NCBI GenBank assembly: GCA_018398765.1
Contig: JAHBMJ010000013.1
Span: 62,001 to 126,000 of the forward strand
Source of the DNA: Chromera velia
Taxonomy: Eukaryota
Length of the DNA stretch: 64,000 nucleotides
Direction of reading: 5' to 3'
Under the pieces are notes generated by a model that worked only from the letters and a program-made list of their open reading frames with translations, was not told the origin of the DNA and searched no databases. Each line of letters opens with the position of its first letter. The stretch's first letter is position 1. The position numbers were made by a program, and so were the translations under genes. Shown here one piece after another: positions 38,183 to 50,028 of this stretch.

Positions 38183-39930
38183 AATGAGTGAGACTGCAGA
38201 TGTGTACGAGAGGGATTCCGTGCATGGTCACTCGCCAGAGGATCTCCTGGGGGTGTCAGGTTCCCTTCTGAGGCTACAGAGGTCTGTCGACAAACTTTTG
38301 TTTTTTTTCTTTGTCTGAATGTCTGGAACCCGCCGTGCTCTTTCTTTCTTGGTCATCCGTGCAGTCTCTGTCACTCTCTGAGGTTTTTATTTCGGCAATC
38401 ACGTGACGATGTGCACGTGCAGCCGGTTTGACGCTGTATTCGTTCTCTCCTGGAACATCCTTTCGTTCTTGTTGATCCTGTCCTTCTTTCCTCTTCCACC
38501 CCCCTGCCGCCCCTTCTCCGCATTCCGCAGGTCTCAGAAGAGCTCCGCAGCCTGGCCGTTCCCCATCGGTCAGCTGGTTTGCGCATTTTCATTCTTGTGT
38601 GGGCGTGCTTTGTCTGGCTTTGTTCGACTAGTGTTGAGTGAACTGGAAGGAAGAAAGGCAGAACGGAAGAAAGAAGGAGAGGAAGTCAGGAAGGAAGGAA
38701 GGAAGGAAGGAAGAAACATATCAAGTCAAGGTTCAAACCTACCTCGTTGCAGGACTCAAGTGCTGATCGACGGTCCTTACGTTCTGGATCTGGCGCTGGG
38801 ACAAAGTCAGTCAGTCAGTCAGTCAGTCAGTCAACGGACCAGTAGATGATAGGCAAGTGCATGAGTGAGGAGTGAGTCACTTTGGCGTCACTGTGTGGCT
38901 TTCTTCGACATCTCGTCTATTCTTGTTTACACCATTCAAGCAGGTCGAATTGGAATCAGCTGTCCCTGGGTTTCTTCTTCTCTCTTTGACATCCTTCCGC
39001 TTGGTTGTCTGACCTTCCTCTCCTGCAGCAACGACTCTCTATCGTGAGAACAAATTTGAAAACTTCAAACCAGTACCGGCTCATAGACAGAGGCATCAAC
39101 CTCAAAGACGTTCCGACAACGGTTCTCCTGAGCCCTCCCCTCTTCCTCTGGGCGTCACGGTTCCCACCCCCTCGGGGAGTGTTGTGTGGAAGGGACACAA
39201 GGACAGTCACGAGGAGTGGGTGGAAGTGGACCCCCCAGACAGATTCTGCATCATGGTCGTATCAGAAGCCGCCAGGGGGGGGAGGGAAGGGGGGACGTTC
39301 CTTCCGGTCGTGTGCGGAGAGACCGCGTTGGAATTTGCGCACATTCGGTCAGTTGGGTCATGGGATAAGGGAACAACTTTTGACTTGGTGTGAGAAAAAC
39401 TAGAGTGAATTTGGATGTTGAAATTTGCTTTCTGTGTGCTTTGAGGGGTCTCTGATTTTGTGCGATGAGAGGGAATGGACGAGAATTCCGTTGAATCGTT
39501 GATGTATGAGTTTTCCTTGATTCAAAAAGCTCTGTCTACTGAAGGGGTCTGGCTCCATCTTTTGACATTCAGTCAGGCTCTTGGCCTGCATATTCAAACT
39601 TTGCGAGCCTTGCTTTCTTTTCTCATACCCACTTATTTTATCTGAGGTCTACGATGTCAGCAAAAAAGTCTCAGTATTCCATCAGATAAAGTCACGTTTG
39701 CAAATCGATTCTTCCCCTACTGTTTTTTCAGGTCCCTCGGCTGGCGTCCTCTTCCTGTTGTCCGGAGTCAGTGGAGAGCCCTGGACCGGCAAGGACGACA
39801 GGCCCTCCTCAGGGCCCTCGTACCTCCAGTGTTTGCCTCGAAGGCGAGCCTCACGGCTGCAGCGACAGCTGGACAACTCTCAGAGAACTGCCCAAACCTG
39901 GTCCCGAATCGTGAAGAGCAAGAGCCGTGA
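33626..39930 (+). CDS. Mitochondrion-targeted helical-repeat protein with a C-terminal RAP-like domain, ~799 aa
   Basis: 16 exons: 33626-33990, 34364-34511, 34736-34918, 35134-35317, 35524-35644, 35873-35948, 36141-36215, 36476-36890, 37189-37222, 37431-37473, 37892-37956, 38200-38281, 38531-38568, 38753-38805, 39029-39347, 39732-39930, with consistent frame. Presequence MLLLSSFHSTCRLFGASAFRHFARAF; HNLVTAL and F-x2-RELT helical repeats; RAP-like GPYVLDLAL...GETALEFAHIRSLGWRPLPVVRSQW. The small internal exons are less certain. Confidence 0.75.
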
Positions 39931-42830
39931 AGAGGGAGCGCGGCATCAAAGGCAAAATGAAATTATGTCAAAAAAGGGCTGGTGGTTGACTCGGGTTTAG
40001 TGGCCGACAAAAGCTTAACTAGTACCTTCAATGTCGCATCAATGCCTACATGAATCATGAATGGTAGGATCCATGTATAACTCTGACTCAGGGGTTTTGA
40101 GAGCTTAGTAGCTGTAGAACAGATATTTGTGGCGAGTTGCGAAATTCTAGGCAAAATTAAAGAAAGAGGGGCACGGGGGAGGCTAAACAAATTTTGCAAC
40201 AGGGTTACGAATTAAAAGTCTTCAGAGCGCAGCCCCTTATTTATATGAAAGTGACTCGAACATTAAAATCATAATTTAATCAAGAGTTCACTTTTAAATG
40301 CAAAGTTTTTTTAAAAAGCTTTGCAAACTTCTTGTTTCCCCAGTTTCTTGACGCAGTTGAGGCCCCCGGAGTCGCCAGGTGTTCCCTCATTCCAGAACAA
40401 GCAGAGGGGCTCCAAAAGGACAACCACAGAGCAAGCAGACGAAGCAAAACACCCATGCACAACGACCTCGGAGCTTCAACTAACTGAAGAAACGCCTGTA
40501 AGCTGGGCTCTTCATTCTACACAGATTCAGAACCATGGCAAACACGGCGGTGCCCGTGAGGGCCGTGACTTCGCACACGTGAGGGTAGATTTACTTAGCA
40601 TCCAGTTTCTTTGTTCTGCTAGGAGCTTGACAGAAACGCACAAGGGAGGTCACTGAGAGAGGGTCGATGGAGAGTCTGCTGGAGCCTCCATTTTTTGATT
40701 GCCTCTTCTGAAGCTTTGCACAGCTCTCAGTCGTGCCAAACATTTTTCCACCCAGACCAATTGCTTAGCTTTCATGCATTTAAATGTCTTCTACTTGCTC
40801 CGTGTGTATCAGTCTTTGAAAGCGGTCCATACTATCCCGACGCAAGTGCTCCTTACTCGTTCATCCTTTCTCATTTGTGGCACTTCGTACTGGTCTCCAT
40901 CTAAACATCTGGATCTACCTAGGGACCTGTCCTTCTTTTTCACAGTTTCTCATTGACACACGCAGAACGATTTGCAAGCTTTTGCACTGTGTAGTGTGAC
41001 TTCTTTGTGAAAAGAATTATGTTGTCTCTGTGCTCTCAGACTGTTCTTCGGAATCCTGTCCAACCCTTGCTGACCGCCTCCTATCCGGTCTGACCAGCCT
41101 AGCTGTAAAGCCCTCCTTCCTGTACTATTTCCCTTGCAGAAAAAGCAATTCTTTATAGTTGATTAGCGGCGCTAAACGTTATTTTTGAGCGTATCCATTA
41201 GTGTTGTGCCTGTGTATTTCTTTGCAGGTAACATTTACTAACTTCTATGTGCCGCGGTGATCATAATTTTTCCTACCATGCACCCTAGCTAATCAACCAG
41301 TCTTTTGAGCACATTTGAGCAGATTCGTACAAGAGTAACGATTTTAAATGCTTTAAAAGGCTCTAGATTGCTTTAAGCAACCTAGTTTTACTTTATAATG
41401 AAGCTAGAATATAATAAATTTAAAAGTCACTTTGAATTCCACTAAGTCCTACTAGTCCACTCTGTTCAGCCTTCCAGGTTTCCCCCTTCCTTCAATGTTG
41501 ACCAGACAAGCCGCACTCACGGCTGCAGCCAGTTTTTGAAAACTTTAAGGTGGTGCTGTATAGAAGAAGAAAATCGGAGGAGACGGGGAAAATCTGGGGG
41601 CATGACTCGATGAGGGTTTTCCACCTGGGTTAGGATGGCAAGTTACACGTATATACACGCCATGGAGCACTTCAGGACGGCTGTGATGGCGTGGGTTTCC
41701 CAGTATACAAACACCAGTCGGGGAAAAGCAAAGAAAATAAAGAAAAACCGAAAAAGAGAGAGATGAGATAGAAGAAGGCGGGTAGCTTGGCTCCCCCCAG
41801 CCACTTTTTAATCCTACAGACTAGCGTTTAAAGCCGACCTTTTCTCATAGTTCAGGACAAGCCCCTTTTGAGCCGCTGGGGGTCATTTATCATATTTTTG
41901 CGTGTACTTTCTCCTTTGAGGGAGGGCTGCCAAGCTTGTCTCTTGCTAAATGTTGGAAGCCTCGAACGCTAGGCTACTAGTCTAGTCAGCAAAGAAGTCT
42001 TGGCGTCAGAGGGCATGGGATCAGATTCAAGACGAGATTGGCTTTCTCGAACAGTTCAAAAAGGGGGAAGAACAAGCGTCCAGCAGATAGAACCTCTCCT
42101 TTGACATGTCTTTCCCATCAGTCACACGCGCTGTGCGGGCTTTTGTCAAGCTCGAAAACCATCTAGCAGGAGAAGGCGAGGGTGACCGACCTGGTCTTCA
42201 AAAGGGCAAGTTTGTTGCAACGTGGCTATGAGAGCAGACTAAGTATGAAGCTTAGCAATGGGAGTTTGTTCTGTTTCTTATTTCTCTGTTTTCTTTCCTT
42301 TTCATCTCCTTTTCCTCTTCTTTTACAGATAAAAGATATGAGCACAATGACCGAACGGTCTTTTTCCGAATTGTTCATCCCTTTGACCTTTCGAACGCCT
42401 TTTTCGTACATCTATTCCAATCCTTGTTCTCCCTCTTCACTGGTTTGCTCTGTCTGCTCTCAGTACCTTGGATTGGTTTGACTGTCGCAGCCTTCTATAG
42501 TGAGGGACGGCACTTAAATCGATTAAGCGTCATGATTCAGGCGCTGGGTTTCAGCTAGCAGACGGCAGCCCCACCCTGATGAGTGATACAGGTCTGGCAA
42601 AGGGGCAATACAGCATTGTCCTAGACTCATGCATTGCATGATGGCCTATAGACCGATAAATAATAATAATGATGATGATGATGATGAAAAGTTTTAACCT
42701 AGCTTTTAACTAGACTTTTATTGTACGAGTCTTTTAACTGTCTTTCAAACTTGAACACACCTAGAAAAACATATAAAAGGGGAAAAAATCTACGGTGGAA
42801 GTCGAGGCCCGGCAGTGGACCGCAGGGCAA

Positions 42831-42866
42831 CCCGGAATATAAATCCTATCCTAATCCTATCCTAAA
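42831..42866 (+). repeat. Second copy of the ccggaa-tataaa-(TCCTA[A])n tail
   Basis: cccggaatataaatcctatcctaatcctatcctaa resembles the reverse complement of 20215-20253. Confidence 0.35.
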
Positions 42867-43836
42867 GAATCATTTGGTTTCTAGTTGAGCCACTGGCAGA
42901 ACCTAGGCATATCATAGCAAAATTAAAAAAAAAAAAATTAAGTTAGTCCTCACTTTTTTTGATATTTACAAGTACTTTCAACTTATAGTAGTCTAACAGT
43001 ACCTTATGATTTTTTTCTTGAATTCCTAGTCAAATCCTAGTCAAATTTCTTACCAGTTTCACAAGTTCTTGAGGTTAGTCTGCACGGTATTGGCTGTGGC
43101 AAGTCGGATGCAAGTTGTACGGCAACTTACGCTAAAAAGGGGTCTTGTGAGAACGGCTTTAGGAACGGCTTTTCAAGCTACGAGACTAGTCTTCAAGCCA
43201 TTCTAGCTTTTTTGATCGTTTATACGATTCGTTTTTGATAAATTGAAGAAGAAAACAAGTTTTTATAACTTTGAACCTAACTTTGAACATGCAATCATGC
43301 ACGATCGAAAACGCACTGCATATGCGGCAATGATATTCGGTAAGGATGTCTCTGATAACCGTGTTGTTCAAGAAATACAAACAAGGATGCTAACATGAAT
43401 CGAATGGTTACGTAATCAAAAAGTCGTTAAAACATCGACCCAAGGACCCTCGTGATTCTTTCCCATTCAAAACGGAATCTTATTTTCAATACCAATTCAC
43501 TTATTTCAACGCCCACGGACATGAAATCAGCAAAGAGAAGCAGAACAGCAGGCAGATTCAACAAAGTCGCCAAGACGCGTAACACAAGACAAAAAAAGAA
43601 GAGTCAATATCTCACAAACCATCAGGCATCAAAAAGCAGATTCCGTATGCATGCATGAAATGGAAGACCCGGATCCTTAATGCCTCATACATTCTCTTCA
43701 GGGCCCTTCTGCCCCTCCAGGTCCTTCACCTCTTCCCTCTCCCCCTCTTCCTGAGACGGCGGGTCCTCAGGAAGCACAGGACCGGGTCCCAGGGAAACCC
43801 CCCCAGCCGACTCCAAGGACGCGCACGTAGAGGTTC

Positions 43837-44232
43837 TCAACAACGACTTTCCTCTCCGAAAACTTCTCTTCTTGCCCCCCTCAGACCCTCTCTCGTCGTA
43901 CTATCGGTAGCTTTCCTCCCTTTCCCCCCCTTACGCGTCCGGCCAGCCATCTGGACCTCCGGAGGTTCTCTCTCGAGGAACTGGTCAATCTTCCGCCATC
44001 GACTGCAGAGGTTGAACCTTGCAGAGATGACCTGAATGCACTTCCATAAGATCATCAGGACGGTAGAGGCGATAGAGAACCAGAAGGCGGACTGCGCCAT
44101 GTCCTGATTGTCCACTAGGTGCTGGCCGTAGACTGTGAGGATGAAGATGACGGCCTCCGTAAGGGAGAGGAGGAAGGAGAAGAGGAAACGGACCCAGGAA
44201 CGTTTGAAAGACTTCGGGTTCACAAGGATGAT

Positions 44233-44276
<44 letters not shown>

Positions 44277-46741
44277 AGAGAGAAAGAGAGAGATTGGATG
44301 AGTGAATCAGAAACTCTCAAACTGATTCTCACAGATCGCATTTCTTCAAACAGGCATAGTTCTCAAGATAAAGACATATGGGGACTATTTATAGAAGCAG
44401 ACATCAACGCGGAAGAGAAAAAAGACACGAAGGGAAGAACCGGCACAGAGACGCGAAACAATCGCCAAGGGTGCGAAGAAAGAAGGAAACCCACAACCGT
44501 TGTTTCTTCTCTTCTTTCCTGTATGCGTCATCCTCATTTTCCCGTTGACATGAAGCACGCACGCAAACAAACAAAGACCCACACACCCACCTGCACGACC
44601 ATGACGTTCAGCATGTCGAACAACGCCAAGAAGAGGACAGCGACACCACACCAAAAAGTGTCCCCAAAATTCTCCAAACGACCCATGGGACACAAAAGCT
44701 TCCCTGCCCCACTGCCCAACTCCCGAATCCTATCGCACTCACACCCCTGCAGGTTACACTCAAACAGATGTCTCACCCCTGCCGTCCCCACCAAACAAAG
44801 TCCATTTGAGGACACAGACTCCAACAGAGTCTCAAACGTCCCTTCATCCTCAGTTCTCCAAAATCTCTTCTCTCTCACATCCTCACACGCTTCGGGAGCT
44901 CCTGGAGCTGCCTCCCCCTCTAACTCCCGCTTCCTCAAAATGATATGCCGGGCCCGTTTCCTCTGCACTACCTGGATCGTTCCCACGTCCGCCACATCAT
45001 CTGTGCGTCCTCTTTGTGCCTGATCGGGAAGTAGAACGAAGTCGCCCAGATCAAAGAAACCGTAGTCATGAATGCCCCGCCCCGGACGCACTGCGGCCTT
45101 TGCATATTCCAACGCCGCCTCATTGGAGAGTTCAAATCCCCCTGTGTGTCTTCTGAAGCCTTCCTGTATTCCAGGAAGCCACCCTGTCAGTGTGGTTGTT
45201 CTGTTCTCATCGTCAAAGAACGAAAACCCTCTCTGACCAAGCTCTGCAGTGGGCGGGATGGTCAGGTTGGCCCTGTACAACATTTCTGCGTCTCGTCTCA
45301 CTTCCCCAAGGAAAGCACGCCCCGCTGCTGTCTGCCTCCAATAAGCACTCGCAGCCGGGGTTTCCCCAAACTTGTCAAAACTTCCATTCGGGAAAAAATG
45401 AATGGGAGGAGTAGGCACTCCCCAGGGATTCAAATCATTGGGAAAACTACGTACATTGAATGGCCGAGGGGCCAACGTGATACCTGACTGCGGAGAAGAG
45501 AAATCACTCCACTCATACACACCAGCCATTGTCAACTGCACACCGACAGCAATGTCGGAAGTGAAGTCGACGAACACCAGGCACATGAGGATAGCCAGAT
45601 AAATGCGACGGAAATCAAGAACGGACGCTGCGGCAATGGGAGCACGACAACAGGCCCATGCAGTCCACCAACATGTGCACATGTCCTGAAGTACAGATAC
45701 GAACCCCCTCTGTTCCTTTTTCCCTTCCAAAATCGCACTCACTCTTCTCTTCACACAGCTACCACAACCAGCCGTTTTCTTTTCCACCCCCTCTTTCTCT
45801 TTCTCTTCTTCTTCCTCTTTCGCTAGGGCTTCATCCAAATGGTGCCACCACACTCTGTTGACCTCTGGGTTAGCCGAACGTGCAAACACCATACGGTACC
45901 CGCATGCATTGGGCTGAGAAACAAGATCATCCCCTTCTTCGCCTCCATCTGTCCCTTTTTCCGGACCCCCTTCCTCGTCCGTCTGTCCAAGTGGTTGGAG
46001 CTCTGCGGCTATTGCATCACTCTCCTTGTCCTCTCCGTCTCCCTCTCCGTTCTGAATCGCTCGCATCTCCACGATGCACTCAGCCTCACATCGTGTGAAC
46101 CCCCGAGGCAGAGAACGACGCACAAACGTGGGCACACAGAAGAAAACACCAAGCGCCACATTCAGAAGTTGCTGGAACACATCACCAGCACCCGTCGATG
46201 CATTCATCGACGCAAAAGAGATTCCTGTGATCGCACCCAAACCCAAGGCAGCGCTGTACAGAGCTAACCAAGAGAGAACCTTATCAACACGACTGCGGGG
46301 CGGGAAAAAGAAGCATCCAACTTGGGCAACAAGCGCAAGACCCTGTAGCCCAAAGAACCCCCTCATGGCGATTCCAATCAGCCCGAGGTCATTCGACTGT
46401 CCTCCACCCACACCTACTCGCTCTGTAACGCCTGCCAGGATGTAGACAGAGACTGAAAAGGGAACAAGGGTCCAAAACAGAAAAGAAGTCAGGACGGAGA
46501 CGGGCATATCATCGAAGTAAAGAGACGGCAACCATACTTTCCTTCCTCTGCACCAACGCAGAGTGGGTGGTACAATCTTGAGAAAGTAGTAGTGACGCTC
46601 ATCCTTGTTCTCCTCTGCACTTGTCGTTGCTGCCTCTCCAGTACCATCTGGAGCCTTCTCACCCATGCCTGACTCCTCCAAAACTTCAGGAGTCCCCCCC
46701 CCCTCCACGTCTCCGTCTCGGACCACAGACCCGCAATGCAT
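43837..46741 (-). CDS. Uncharacterised ~8-TM membrane protein, ~848 aa; paralogue of the C-terminal half of the gene at 50029-58922
   Basis: Exons 46741-44591 and 44232-43837 (phase-0 intron VVQ|IILV). Eight hydrophobic segments. Shares motifs with the + strand paralogue. The start codon (MHCGSV) is uncertain. Confidence 0.8.
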
Positions 46742-47479
46742 TTGCACAAACAAACCAAACAAACGTTGACCTGGATCCCGATCTCACCCAGCAAGGCCAA
46801 CTACAACGCAGCCAAGAATTCCGCCGAAGCCTGCATCGACCTTCCTGGAAGAGTAAGTAAGAGATACGTCAATTGATCACGCAGCTCACTCAGCCTCGAT
46901 CACTGCAACATACTGCAACACGTACAAGAGGCTTTTGTACCAAAGCCCCTGAGTGGAGGGGGGGTTCTCGTATACGACTTCCATATCGCATCCGCAATTA
47001 ATTCGATCAGGATATATATATATATTTTGATGCTCCTACGGAGCATGCCGTGGCCCCGTTGAAAGGGGGAAACCGGGGGTCGCGCATTATCGCGTATGAA
47101 GGCCTAAATACGACTAAAAATTAGTCTGAAATTCTCATTCATAGTTATAGCAAATCGATCTGCAAACTGTCTACAATACATATTCTTTACCTGAGTTTAT
47201 AAAACTAATTTGCCATATTTTTTCTAACATTTTTAAAAAGGAAAAAATGATGATCTAGAGAATGATTGACTCGTTTTCTAGTTAACGTGATCTCTCAATA
47301 CACTAATAACTCGATTAGGTTCGATACAAAAACACAGTAAAGGTATCTGTGAAAAGGTTCCAGACACGAAGGACGGTCCGAGGACCGGGGAGGAGTGAGC
47401 CAACAGTATTTGACCTAGTCTTTGACAATGTATTACAGTGTCTGCATATATGTCTGCATCACTTACACAATAGTTACTC

Positions 47480-47754
47480 TTTCATCATCTTTTACCCTTT
47501 GTCCTAGCCTTTGTCTCTCGATCTTGCTGTCTGTCTGAGACACTGTCAGTTTCTCTACTTCAGTCTGGGTGCAATGCCATCGGCCTCGATCTCTTTCTCC
47601 TATGCAGAACCATACATCCATCTAGTTCTTTCCCTCTCTTGCTCTCTATCTCTCCCTGATCATGAGTCTTTGTCTGCCACCTGTCTGCTAATGTGCACAC
47701 ATACACACACATATATATACACACACACATACACACACATAGACACACACATAC

Positions 47755-47801
<47 letters not shown>

Positions 47802-47813
47802 CACATACACACA

Positions 47814-47893
<80 letters not shown>

Positions 47894-47896
47894 AAA

Positions 47897-47933
<37 letters not shown>

Positions 47934-48042
47934 ACACTCTTACTGCTACATTGCACGCACACATAAGCACGCACATTACTCAGACTAACAAGCTCGCACA
48001 GGTATAGATCGCACACGTACGGACGGAGACACACACACACAT

Positions 48043-48100
<58 letters not shown>

Positions 48101-48527
48101 CGGAAGATCAGATAGGGACGTGCTAAGGAATGTTCCCTTTCCTTTAAAGTTTCTAAGGCTTTCATTTCATTCACAGACTGATACGCAGAACATTCAAAAT
48201 TGTGCAGTGCAAAAAGAGGCAGTGGCCCTGGGCAGTAACCCCAAAAGCAGGCAAGCAACCCAAAGAGTTTTGAGTGTGATTTCAAGTAAGCAAACCTCGG
48301 TGCACCGCCTCGTGGTCATACAAAGGAATATACAGGCAAACACATACTGAGAGACAACCATACACACTAGCATATACAGGTCCTGCGGTAGAGTGGAGCA
48401 GGAATGTCATAGAGCCTTTCAGAGGAAGCTCTCACGTACGTACAAAAACACACGAGGCAGAAAGACTGACACAATGAAATATATCATGGATGTAGTCCTG
48501 CTAGAGCCTTGAAGCATAAGCTGCCCA

Positions 48528-48573
<46 letters not shown>

Positions 48574-49642
48574 TTCTCTCTCTCTCCCTCTCTCTCTCTC
48601 TGTCTCACTTTTACTCTCGCTCTTGCTTTCACTCTCGCTCTTGCTCTCACTCTCGCTCTCTCTCTCTCTCTCTATGCCTCCTGGTCTCATACATATACAC
48701 ATACACCTATATACAATGTCATACAGATAAATATATGGAGAAGCAGACAGATAGGTAGGCAGGCGAGCAGGTGGGCAGGCAGGCAAACGGGCCATATTTT
48801 CATTCCAGGGGAGGGGGAATTTTTTTATAGACAGCAAGACAGACTTAGAAGACAGACAAATAGTTAGTTACTGTGACTGTCTGTCGCTGCCAGTCGATCA
48901 GTGGGTCAGTCAGTCAGGCAGGCAGTCAGTCAGCCAGTCTTTCGCCCTTGCGCTTCTCCTCAGAGTCTCAACACTCCTGCACTCAATCAACGTGCACCCG
49001 GTCACTCAAAGGAGACGAATTTCAATATACGCATAGCCTAAGGGACACAGAAAAACACAGACATGTAGACGGACACGGAAATCCAACATGCCTACTCATT
49101 TATCCATTTACTCAAAGACACAAGGATTCACAGCCCAAAGTCAGTATAGACAGGAAATCAGATATATTGTATGGCAGGCTTAAAGAGGGTGAATAGAGCT
49201 AGAGGAAAGCCATAGGCGCCCGGGTTCAGCAGCTCACTCGCGGCAGAGAGTCGTATGCACTTGCTAGCAGATTGTCTCTGACTGTCTCTCTTTCATTTAT
49301 GGAGTCAAATAAACAGGAGGAATACGAAAACAGGAACAAATTGACCACTCACCTTTCCCTGGAGCAGGACAGGTGGAGACCTGACCAAAGGGCAGATCTG
49401 CTTTGTCCGGAAATAATATAAAACTGACAACAGACAGATTGAGACGCGTGGAGACAGCGTTTGAAGAGTAGTGTTTTCACCCAGCTCTCACTCACTGTCA
49501 CGCCCACATCCATCATTAAGTTGAAGATTTTCCTCTTCTGCTCACCCACATTACAAAGTCTGACAAAGCTGTCGAACAGCGCATCTGATAGCACATCTGA
49601 ATTCAGACCTCAGAGGCGGTCGAATTCAATCATTTCAATCAT
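47480..49642 (-). pseudogene. Possible decayed multi-exon gene between the two membrane paralogues
   Basis: ATG 49642 gives MIEMIEFDRL*GLNSDVLSDALFDSFVRLCNVGEQKRKIFNLMMDVGVT ending at a GTGAGT donor. Further short exon-like pieces lie near 49380-49355, 48977-48936 (contains TGA) and ~47600, separated by microsatellite-rich intron-like DNA. Confidence 0.3.
47695..48097. repeat. Compound (CA)n/(GA)n microsatellites
   Basis: Directly visible dinucleotide runs. Confidence 0.95.
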
Positions 49643-50028
49643 GCATGCGCAAAATTTTTACTGCGCGGTCCCGTAAGGCGTTTGCGACCCGAAATGTGAG
49701 GAAGTACGTAAGTGGTGCGCGTGCGAAATTCGGTGTAGGGGGCGGGGCTCACCTTTACTTTTTTCCTTTCGGTTTGGGCTACAGATACCGTGGCTCGGGG
49801 GCCACGGCACCCCCAGCCTCCATGCACCCAAAGCGAAGCCCTCAAAGCTTTAGGTGCGCGTGCATGACGGAACAGCCCGGCGAATAATCGACCGAGTGCA
49901 CGCCAGACGAGTACTCCGCGTTAACTTTATAAGTTGCAACACCCTGACACTCTTTCTGTATACTATAAATCTTCTTCTTCCGTGCTTCCCGGGTGGCTTC
50001 ACGTAAAAAACTGACCGGGGCTTTTGCA

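Noticed and set aside
41953..42242. Protein-looking frame with three stops followed by an intron-like segment
   Set aside because: Three stops in ~96 codons is close to random expectation and no family is recognisable, so it is not called as a feature.
42575..42612. CTGATGAG suggesting a hammerhead ribozyme core
   Set aside because: There is no downstream GAAA with a closing stem II and no clear stems I/III.
47511..48058. HT/CV/RE-repeat ORFs (similar ones at 37427-37832, 48484-48837, 53875-54196)
   Set aside because: They are dinucleotide microsatellite translations.
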